Notes: a model not told the origin generated them from the letters alone. Shown: positions 7,181-13,616, counted from the stretch's first letter. The stretch is DNA of 13,616 nucleotides from Candidatus Micrarchaeota archaeon (GCA_013331805.1 DUFS01000080.1:16102-29717); one strand, 5' to 3'. A program made the numbers and translations.

Positions 7181-7465
7181 ATGCCTTTCCGCTCCGAAGC
7201 CTATGCTGAACTTGACAAGGAATGGAAGTCCACCTGCAGGGAGTGTTCGGACTCCTGGTTCTGCCACAACGTGGAGGGGATGCAAAACGCGCTATTCTGC
7301 TTCAACACCAAATCCAAGCGCTACGCTGTCGGAAACGCCGAAGTGGGCAAGGAGCAATTCGGGAGGGCAAAGAGGATGGTGCAGGATTATGTTCTTCAGA
7401 GCCTGGAGGAAAAGAAAAGCGTGCCGCTGTCTGTTTTCAATGTCGCCTGCAAAGACAGAATCTGA
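7181..7465 (+). CDS. 94-aa Cys-containing protein; probable internally deleted remnant (possible pseudogene) of a larger Micrarchaeota/CPR Cys-rich family
   Basis: MPFRSEAYAELDKEWKSTCR is joined directly to ECSDSWFCHNVEGMQNALFCFNTKSKRYAVGN…; ATG 7181 is at the typical distance from a TATA. The family assignment is from recall, not a search. Confidence 0.65.
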   Translation: MPFRSEAYAELDKEWKSTCRECSDSWFCHNVEGMQNALFCFNTKSKRYAVGNAEVGKEQFGRAKRMVQDYVLQSLEEKKSVPLSVFNVACKDRI

Positions 7466-7468
7466 TTT

Positions 7469-8254
7469 TCAGGCCTTTGCCCATGTTATCCCGAGGGAAT
7501 CGAGCAAAGCAATGAGTTTCGCCCTTGTCTCGCCTTTTATCCCCTTCCAGTCAAGAAGCGCCGATTCGATTTTTTCAGCGTTCCTCTCCATAGCCTGCAG
7601 GACCATCTCACCATCCGCGCCGGACCTTTCAAGCGAATAGCCGGAAATCATATGCCCGAAGGATATCTCCTTTTCCAGCACCAGGGGCGTGAATTTGGGC
7701 GAGTAGTGCGAGCCTCCGAAGCCGACGTAGGCAGGGAATGCCTCGTTGCTTTTTATCCCAGCAAGAATCGCCCTTGCAACGATTTCCCCAGCCTTTTTGT
7801 CCCCCCATTCGGCTTCTGTGCTTCCGATTTCCGCAAAAAGGATCGGAATATCCAGCGTCGGCCCGTGGTGGTCCACCTCGATTGCAACAGGCCAGCCAAG
7901 CGCGGCGCCGGAAAGCTCCTTCATTTTCCTTGCGATAAGCTTGATTTTCGAAGGCATAGTGAAATTCAGGGTGCGCGGCTTTCCCCCAAGCTCAGCACTC
8001 CCCCAGTTGCCAGGCGTGTGAACAGAGAAGCTTTGCGTGTTTGAGGAACTCTTGTGGGTGCTTGCGAAAATGTAATAGCCAGCAGGATGCTTTGGCACGA
8101 TTTCCACTATGCTTCCAGGGTACTCAGCCATGTCAAACCCGTCCGCGGACCAAAAAAAATCCCCCCTGCTTTCGAACTCTTCGAGCGAAAGCATGCACTC
8201 CTTTATGTTCTGGCTGGCAAGGTTGTCAGAAGAGATGACGACTAGCGGGCGCAT
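7469..8254 (-). CDS. dtdA: D-aminoacyl-tRNA deacylase, archaeal/plant type (DTD2/GEK1)
   Basis: ASTHKS, SVHTPGNW, EVDHHGPT, FAEIGSTEAEW, GFGGSHYSPKFT, GHMI and DWKG motifs. Confidence 0.93.
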   Translation of the reverse strand: MRPLVVISSDNLASQNIKECMLSLEEFESRGDFFWSADGFDMAEYPGSIVEIVPKHPAGYYIFASTHKSSSNTQSFSVHTPGNWGSAELGGKPRTLNFTMPSKIKLIARKMKELSGAALGWPVAIEVDHHGPTLDIPILFAEIGSTEAEWGDKKAGEIVARAILAGIKSNEAFPAYVGFGGSHYSPKFTPLVLEKEISFGHMISGYSLERSGADGEMVLQAMERNAEKIESALLDWKGIKGETRAKLIALLDSLGITWAKA

Positions 8255-8275
8255 GGTCTTTTTTCAGGCAGCAGG

Positions 8276-8286
8276 TAAATAAATTG
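8276..8286. promoter_or_regulatory. Shared AT-rich/TATA element centred between the dtdA and ThiF-family starts
   Basis: TAAATAAATT (minus strand AATTTATTTA); positions 8278-8283 are 24 nt from both ATG 8254(-) and ATG 8307(+). Confidence 0.5.
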
Positions 8287-8306
8287 ATTTGGCGCGTAGG
8301 CACAGC

Positions 8307-8990
8307 ATGGCAAAGCCGTGCTTCTCCGCAAACATAAGGGCAATCGGCGAAAGGGGGCAGGCCCTGCTCTCCTCCTCAACTGTCGGCGTGGCAGGATTGG
8401 GCGGGGTGGGAGGCATTGCCTTCGAGCTTCTGGTCCGCGCAGGAGTGGGCAAAATAAAAATCGCGGACAGCGGCTTTTTCGAGGAGAGTAACGCCAACCG
8501 GCAATCTCTTTGGACAAGGGAAAATGACGGGAGGAAGAAAGCCGACGCGGCAATGATGTTCGCAAGGCAGGTGAATCCTGGCTGCAGCATTTCCGCATGG
8601 GGCGAAATCACGGATGGCAACTCAGGAAAGTTCGCATCCGGATGTTCTTCTGTCATCGACGCCACTGACACAAAGCACTCCCGCCTTGCTGTTTGGGACG
8701 GCTGCAGGAGATGCGGCGTGCCCTACGTTTTCGCCTCGGCGCTCGGATCAAGGGGCATGCTCACCGTTTTTCGAAGAAAGGACTTCAGGAAAGAGTTTGC
8801 TCTTAGGGGAAAAAAGGCAGGCAACTTCCTTTCCTGCGACCACTCGCTTGGCCCGGTAGCAAACGCGATTGGCTGCCTGGCAGCACAACAGTCGATCAAC
8901 ATCGCACTTGCCAAGAGGTGCCAGGAATTCCCAAAAATCATCTCTATTGACGCGTTTTCAAAAAGCCAGTTGTCAGTCCACTCATTCTGA
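8307..8990 (+). CDS. ThiF/MoeB/E1-like adenylyltransferase family protein (atypical)
   Basis: IGERGQALL, GLGGVG (GxGxxG), LVRAGVGKIKIAD, EESNANRQ, G-x-x-KA, VIDATD…R, SC…LGP. ATG 8307 is preferred over track TTG 8289. Confidence 0.9.
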   Translation: MAKPCFSANIRAIGERGQALLSSSTVGVAGLGGVGGIAFELLVRAGVGKIKIADSGFFEESNANRQSLWTRENDGRKKADAAMMFARQVNPGCSISAWGEITDGNSGKFASGCSSVIDATDTKHSRLAVWDGCRRCGVPYVFASALGSRGMLTVFRRKDFRKEFALRGKKAGNFLSCDHSLGPVANAIGCLAAQQSINIALAKRCQEFPKIISIDAFSKSQLSVHSF

Positions 8991-9010
8991 CAGGTTTGCC
9001 TTGCATCAAG

Positions 9011-9020
9011 GCTTATAAGC
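9011..9020 (+). promoter_or_regulatory. TATA box (palindromic GCTTATAAGC) upstream of the Pro/Gln-rich protein gene
   Basis: TTATAA at 9013-9018, about 30 nt before ATG 9049. Confidence 0.5.
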
Positions 9021-9048
9021 AATATTTGAGAATTCGCTTTGTGTTTGC

Positions 9049-10545
9049 ATGGGAAACGACGAACTGATAAACTTCATCCAGTTGTCCAGGGAAAAGGGCA
9101 GGACAGACGAACAGATCATGCGCGCCCTGCTTTCAGTCGGCTGGAAAAAAGAAAGGATAACTACGTCATTCGCAAAAATCAAGAGCGGAAGGCTGGAGGA
9201 TTTTACGCAGACACAGCCAGCCGAGGTTGCCCAAGCGGAACGGGCGCCCGCAGCCCAGCCCCAGCAAATCCAGCCAACTTCGCAGCCTCAAGTGCCTCCT
9301 CAACCGGTCCAGCCCAAGCCATCCCCCCAAACCCAAGCACAAGTTCAGAAGCAGCAAGAGCCGATCAGCCTTGAAACGCAGAAAAAACCCCTCTTTACAT
9401 TCCCCAAGCTTTTCGGAAAAAAGGAAACGCAGCCAATTTCGCCGGCATCGCAAGCTGCCCCGCCGCCTGTTTCTGCCCAACCAATTTCACAGTCCCAAGC
9501 GCCGACCCAGCCATCCGCCCCGCCACAGTCAGTTGTCCAGCAACAGATCCCTGCCCAGGTGCAGCAAGAGCCGATCAGCCTTGAAACGCAGAAAAAACCC
9601 CTCTTTACATTCCCCAAGCTTTTCGGAAAAAAGGAAACGCAGCCAATTTCGCCGGCATCGCAAGCTGCCCCGCTGCAACCCCAAGCACAAGTGCAGCTGC
9701 AATCGCCGCCCCAGCAAACTCCAACCCCTGCTCAGATGCAGCAGCCTGCGCAGCCGCAAGCCCAGGCGCCAGCGGCAGCACCGCAGCCATTGCCTGCGCA
9801 GGATTCCCTGCCCCAGATCGATTCCTCCCCTTCGTCTCCATACGATAAGGGTTCTTCGTTTTCAGGCGTCTCAAAATACCTTCGCATTCTCGTCACCAAC
9901 AAAATCCTGCTTCTGGCCGCAGCAATCATCCTTTTGGCAATAGTCATCTTTGCGGCATATTTCATCGTATTCGCCAAAGGTGCTGCGGCAGGGGCTGCGT
10001 CAGCCTCGCAGCCGCCTCCTTTGCCGCCAGCTGCTCAGAATGTTCAGGAAGCCGGTCGTCCCGAGAATCTCCCTGCCCAGCCTCCTGAACAGAACAACAC
10101 CACTGCTCCAGGGACTTCGAATCAAGCGCCTCCTGCTGGAAAGAATGAAACGCCCACCAATATTCTTCCTCCGCCTCCTGAAGAATTGTCGGACAAGATT
10201 GACCACGGGCCGCAGCCAGAAGTGCAGGAAATACGGGTTGTGATCGTACCGGAAAATCCCCCTGAGGAAAACAAGACAGTCACATTTTCCAAATTCTCCA
10301 GGTTCACCTCGACTGGTCCCACCGTCACGGCCAAATTCTGCGCCACGCAGAACAACGGGACCCTTTACCGCGTGCACTACAAAGGATATTACGGAGCGGA
10401 ATGCATCTCAGAAAAGCCTGGGGACGAAGGCTTTGCCAACCTGACATTCATTTATGAGAAATGCACGTTCCTTCCCTGCTGCATAAGCTCGGATTCAAAA
10501 GCCTCCAGCCAAAAATTCGACTGGTTCGAATGCGGCTACCCTTAA
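9049..10545 (+). CDS. Pro/Gln-rich single-pass (type II) membrane protein, 498 aa
   Basis: Short helical N-domain (LINFIQLSREKG…I…LLSVGW…I…F), long P/Q/A/S low-complexity region, one TM (ILLLAAAIILLAIVIFAAYFIVFA, ~9904-9975), Pro-rich stalk and a C-terminal domain with 6 Cys. Confidence 0.85.
   Translation: MGNDELINFIQLSREKGRTDEQIMRALLSVGWKKERITTSFAKIKSGRLEDFTQTQPAEVAQAERAPAAQPQQIQPTSQPQVPPQPVQPKPSPQTQAQVQKQQEPISLETQKKPLFTFPKLFGKKETQPISPASQAAPPPVSAQPISQSQAPTQPSAPPQSVVQQQIPAQVQQEPISLETQKKPLFTFPKLFGKKETQPISPASQAAPLQPQAQVQLQSPPQQTPTPAQMQQPAQPQAQAPAAAPQPLPAQDSLPQIDSSPSSPYDKGSSFSGVSKYLRILVTNKILLLAAAIILLAIVIFAAYFIVFAKGAAAGAASASQPPPLPPAAQNVQEAGRPENLPAQPPEQNNTTAPGTSNQAPPAGKNETPTNILPPPPEELSDKIDHGPQPEVQEIRVVIVPENPPEENKTVTFSKFSRFTSTGPTVTAKFCATQNNGTLYRVHYKGYYGAECISEKPGDEGFANLTFIYEKCTFLPCCISSDSKASSQKFDWFECGYP
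9351..9673 (+). repeat. Perfect 113-bp direct repeat (9351-9463 and 9561-9673; 210-bp period, in frame)
   Basis: Base-by-base identity from GCAGCAAGAGCCGATC to CAAGCTGCCCCGC; encodes QQEPISLETQKKPLFTFPKLFGKKETQPISPASQAAP twice. Confidence 0.95.
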
Positions 10546-10548
10546 GTG

Positions 10549-10555
10549 AAAAAAA
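10549..10555 (-). terminator. Putative oligo-T terminator of the flavin reductase gene
   Basis: T7 tract on the minus strand, 1 nt after the TAG stop, between convergent genes. Confidence 0.45.
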
Positions 10556-10556
10556 T

Positions 10557-11045
10557 CTAGTGCTGCTTGAAGCCAAAAAGCCTCTTACCGCCCAGGTTGA
10601 AAAGCAGCGGTTCGCCTTCCCGTTCCTCCTTGGGGGGATGGATCTCCAGCACCTCGCCCACCACAACAGTGTGGTCGCCCGAGCTGTTGTAGGACAGGAC
10701 CTTGCATTCCAGGTTGGCGTATGCCTCAAGGACGAGCGGGGCAGAAACCCTCTTGGCCCGCATAGGGGTGAGCCTTGCCTCAGCGAATTTGTCGATATAT
10801 TTGCCCGAGGTGGTGCCGCAGAGAAGGACCGCTTCGTTCAGCCCTTCAGAAGGGATTGCCACCACAAACTCCATTGATGTGCAAATCAAGTCCAGCGTGA
10901 GGGAGGTATTGTGGAGCGACAAGGCGACCACGGGGGGCTTTTCGGAAACCGGCATGAAATATTCGACCGCGGTCAGGTTGGTTTTCTCAGATGAGGAAGC
11001 GGAAACCAGCACCGCCTGCCTGGGATAGAAAAGTTCGCTGAACAT
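10557..11045 (-). CDS. Flavin reductase-like / flavoredoxin family protein (FMN-binding split barrel)
   Basis: YPRQAVLVS, PVSEKPPVVA, EFVVAIP, CGTTSGKYIDKF, APLVLEAYANLECKV, GDHTVVVGEV. Start at 11045 (24 nt from TTTAAA) or 11054. Confidence 0.92.
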   Translation of the reverse strand: MFSELFYPRQAVLVSASSSEKTNLTAVEYFMPVSEKPPVVALSLHNTSLTLDLICTSMEFVVAIPSEGLNEAVLLCGTTSGKYIDKFAEARLTPMRAKRVSAPLVLEAYANLECKVLSYNSSGDHTVVVGEVLEIHPPKEEREGEPLLFNLGGKRLFGFKQH

Positions 11046-11049
11046 GCGT

Positions 11050-11075
11050 TGCATTTCAAATGCACTTATTTAAAA
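11050..11075. promoter_or_regulatory. Divergent promoter: TTTAAA (11069-11074) plus palindrome TGCATTT-C-AAATGCA (11050-11064)
   Basis: Perfect 7-1-7 inverted repeat between the TATA element and the flavin reductase start. Confidence 0.55.
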
Positions 11076-11104
11076 CCTGCGTGCCCAAATAAAGCGGGAT
11101 AGGA

Positions 11105-11680
11105 ATGAGGCAGCTCCTGTTTGCAACCCTGGTCTTTTCCCTTTTCATTCTTTCAGGGTGCGCCCGCACCCCTTCGGAGTGCTCCAGCGTCGCCCCCTCC
11201 AGGTTCGCAAATTGCGTCTATCTCAAGGCTGTCACGGAACAGGACCCCTTCCACTGCTATTCCCTTTCAGACACCAACCAGCGAGCAATCTGCATCAGGG
11301 ATGCAGCGAACTCCGCTGCGCGCGAGTCGCTCCTTCGCGCCACACCTGAGCAGCGCGCATTGATATTCTTCAGTGATCAGCCCGTTCTCCCGGTTGCAAA
11401 CGAAACGCCGAAGCTTCCTCCGGGCCCTTCCGCCAATCAGACAGATCCCCAGCAAGGCCTGTGCGGTTCGCTTCCTCTGGATCAGAAAGAGCAGTGCCTT
11501 CGCGACATTGCAGTAGGGGCCAAGGACATGGCAGCCTGCGAAGGCATAGCAGGCCCTGCTATGAGGCAAAGTTGCATCACCACTATTGCCAGGACGCTCA
11601 AGAGCCCGGAAATCTGCCTCAAGCTTTCGCAGTCGGAAAACATCGATCTTTGCAACCTCTACTCAAAGGCGGGCGAATGA
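11105..11680 (+). CDS. Cys-repeat lipoprotein (hypothetical)
   Basis: Signal peptide with LSGC lipobox; repeated paired-Cys units (C-x9-C core) in two blocks separated by a Pro-rich linker. Confidence 0.82.
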   Translation: MRQLLFATLVFSLFILSGCARTPSECSSVAPSRFANCVYLKAVTEQDPFHCYSLSDTNQRAICIRDAANSAARESLLRATPEQRALIFFSDQPVLPVANETPKLPPGPSANQTDPQQGLCGSLPLDQKEQCLRDIAVGAKDMAACEGIAGPAMRQSCITTIARTLKSPEICLKLSQSENIDLCNLYSKAGE

Positions 11681-11702
11681 GCTTTGCGGGTGCCCCTGCA
11701 AA

Positions 11703-12494
11703 CTAGAACATCTGGTCGGCAAGCTCGTCTGAGTCAGAAGGCGAAAAGAATTCCCACCAGAACAGCTTCTTCATTTCCTCCCCCTTAAGCTGCACCACTT
11801 CGCAGGCAAGCGCGCTTCCCACCACAACGGCAAGCTCCTCTGATTGCGCCCTTGCATGGGCAATCGCTTCCTCCTTGGTGATGCCCGAGCCTGTGGTGGA
11901 AAGGTAGAACACGACTTCGAGCGGCTTTTCACCTGCGGTCAGGCTGTCAATCTGCCTGCCCCACATGGCAATCTCCCGGTCCAGCCTTGCGGCATCCGGA
12001 TCCTTTTTCGATGCGGTGCGCAGGGTCGAGCGCCTGCTTTCGGCAACGCTTCGCCTGGTGCGCATCTCCTCAAGCTCGTTTCTGAGATCCAGGGGGCAGA
12101 CCAGGCAGCAGACCTTGAACGGGAATCCGGCGGAAGAAATGGCCTTTTCGAACATCTCCCCTGCCATCCTCTCATGCCCCCCGCCATTTTCGCTTGAGGA
12201 CTCGTACAATCGCGCTGCCAGGAAAACCGAAGCAAGGAAGATGCCGTTCCCCCTGCCCACGATCACATCCTGCGAAGGGGGGATTTCAAAATTTCTGCCA
12301 GCCTCCACCACCTTGGCATTCTTCATGAGGATTGGGAAAAGCGCATATCCGTATTTCCAGAGCGCAAGGGTCAGGAAGAAAAAGAACGCGCCCAAAGCGG
12401 CTGCTGGCGCGGACTGGAAAAAGAGAGAGGCGGCAAGGCAGAAGAACCCGCCCGCCACCGCCAATACGGTATACAGCCGGTTTTCCCCCTCCAC
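11703..12494 (-). CDS. Hypothetical membrane protein (two N-terminal TMs, alpha/beta domain with charged coiled-coil insert)
   Basis: 263-aa ORF; TM pair LYTVLAVAGGFFCLAASLFF / AAALGAFFFFLTLALW; GTG start 24 nt from TTTAAA (12518-12523). Confidence 0.8.
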   Translation of the reverse strand: MEGENRLYTVLAVAGGFFCLAASLFFQSAPAAALGAFFFFLTLALWKYGYALFPILMKNAKVVEAGRNFEIPPSQDVIVGRGNGIFLASVFLAARLYESSSENGGGHERMAGEMFEKAISSAGFPFKVCCLVCPLDLRNELEEMRTRRSVAESRRSTLRTASKKDPDAARLDREIAMWGRQIDSLTAGEKPLEVVFYLSTTGSGITKEEAIAHARAQSEELAVVVGSALACEVVQLKGEEMKKLFWWEFFSPSDSDELADQMF

Positions 12495-12511
12495 AGGTTT
12501 GTTTTGCCGCT

Positions 12512-12528
12512 CAAGTGTTTAAAATTTT
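12512..12528. promoter_or_regulatory. Shared TATA element between the gene starting at 12494(-) and pgk(+)
   Basis: CAAGTGTTTAAAATTTT; the + strand predicted start near 12547 coincides with the GGAGG SD of pgk. Confidence 0.55.
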
Positions 12529-12558
12529 CGCTGAGTTTCTGAGCTTGGAGGGATTCCA

Positions 12559-13616
12559 ATGGAAACTCTTGACGATTTCGACTCCAAGGGCAAGACAGCA
12601 TTCGTGCGCGCGGACCTGAACTGCCCGGTTGACGAAAAAACGCTGAAGGTGGAGCCTTCTGAGCGGATAGCCGGGCATGCGCAAACCATCGGTGAGCTTT
12701 CTGACAAGGGCGCGCGTGTGGTGGTGCTTGCCCATCAGGGCAGGAGAGGAGACTACGACTGCATCTCCCTTTCGCAGCACGCGCTCCTGCTTGGCGCAGA
12801 GGTAAAAAAGCCGGTGAAATTCATTGACGACGTCTGCGGCGTGAAGGCTAAGGGTGCGATCAGGAATCTTGCGGAAGGCGAAATACTGCTGCTTGAAAAT
12901 GTCCGCTTCCTGGAAGATGAAACAAAATACAAGACTATCGAAGAGAACGCAAACGCGACGATCGTCCGCGAGCTTTCCCCCTTCTGCGACGCATTCGTGC
13001 TGGACGGCTTTTCGGTTTCGCACCGCGCCCAGGCGTCAGTGGTCGGCTTCCACCTCAAGCCCTGTTTTGCAGGAAGGGTGATGCAGCGCGAGCTTGAGGC
13101 GCTGAGCAGGCTTTCCTCCCCCAAGAAGCCCTCGGTGTTCGTTTTCGGAGGCGCCAAGCCCGAGGACCCCCTGGGGATCATGCAGAAATTGCTTTCCGAG
13201 GGCAGGCTGGACCATGCGCTCACCTGCGGGGTGCTGGGCGAGCTTTTCATTCTCGCCTCCGGCCGCGAGCTGGGAAAAACACTTGATTACCTCAAGGAGA
13301 AAAAGATAACCGACTACCTTCCAACAGCAAGGCAGCTTCTCCTCAGGCACAAGGGCAGCATACACTTCCCAGAGGACGTGGCGGTAGTTTCCGGGGGCAA
13401 GAGAAAGGAGCTGGCGGTTTACGACCTTCCCTCGCAGGAATCGATTGGAGACATTGGCAAGAAGACCGCGGCAAAATACTCCTCCCTCGTCGCAACCGCA
13501 TCCACGGTGATGGTGAACGGGCCTGCCGGCATATACGAGCAAAAGGAGTTCGAATACGGCACCAAAACGCTCCTCAAGGCAGTGGAAGGCAGCAGCGCAT
13601 TTTCGGTAATCGGCGG
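12559..13616 (+). CDS. pgk: Phosphoglycerate kinase (3' end truncated by the window edge)
   Basis: My translation from ATG 12559 (SD GGAGG): METLDDFDSKGKTAFVRADLNCPV…LAHQGR…LLENVRF…DGFSVSHRAQAS…FAGRVMQREL…FGGAKPED…DIG…NGPAGIYE…FSVIGG. It is absent from the ORF track because there is no stop in the window. Confidence 0.97.
   Translation, partial: METLDDFDSKGKTAFVRADLNCPVDEKTLKVEPSERIAGHAQTIGELSDKGARVVVLAHQGRRGDYDCISLSQHALLLGAEVKKPVKFIDDVCGVKAKGAIRNLAEGEILLLENVRFLEDETKYKTIEENANATIVRELSPFCDAFVLDGFSVSHRAQASVVGFHLKPCFAGRVMQRELEALSRLSSPKKPSVFVFGGAKPEDPLGIMQKLLSEGRLDHALTCGVLGELFILASGRELGKTLDYLKEKKITDYLPTARQLLLRHKGSIHFPEDVAVVSGGKRKELAVYDLPSQESIGDIGKKTAAKYSSLVATASTVMVNGPAGIYEQKEFEYGTKTLLKAVEGSSAFSVIG

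Noticed and set aside
9351..9673. 113-bp repeat pair as a diversity-generating retroelement TR/VR or as IS ends
   Set aside because: The copies are identical (no adenine-specific mismatches), direct, both in frame mid-gene, and no reverse transcriptase or transposase is present in the window.
12511..13542. Minus-strand ORFs 12511..13023, 12753..13250 and 13036..13542
   Set aside because: They lie antisense to the uninterrupted pgk frame starting at 12559.
1..13616. Alternative genetic code, selenocysteine recoding or frameshifting
   Set aside because: All recognisable genes are full length under the standard code and end at TAA, TAG or TGA where expected; no split genes were seen.

Overview
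A gene-dense archaeal chromosomal segment, most likely DPANN (Micrarchaeota-like). This is an inference from the archaeal-type DTD2, class IA aldolase and PGK, GGAGGTG/GGTG ribosome-binding sites, TATA-box promoters and the types of surface protein. Housekeeping genes: class I FBP aldolase next to a class I FBPase, phosphoglycerate kinase (runs off the right end, missing from the ORF track), a PRC-barrel protein, lemA-htpX, D-aminoacyl-tRNA deacylase, an atypical ThiF/E1-like protein and a flavin reductase. Uncharacterised genes are interspersed: a 642-aa lipoprotein-like protein with ten 6-Cys repeats plus a thrombospondin type-3 repeat, a Pro/Gln-rich type II membrane protein with a perfect 113-bp internal duplication, a Cys-repeat lipoprotein, two membrane proteins with a hydrophobic hairpin, a probable internally deleted mini-gene and one orphan. 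Non-coding structure includes TATA elements at a fixed 24-nt distance from start codons, single TATA elements apparently shared by divergent gene pairs, and a palindromic operator candidate. I found no RNA gene, CRISPR array or mobile element. No complete novel multi-gene system can be demonstrated from sequence alone; the best leads are listed as findings.
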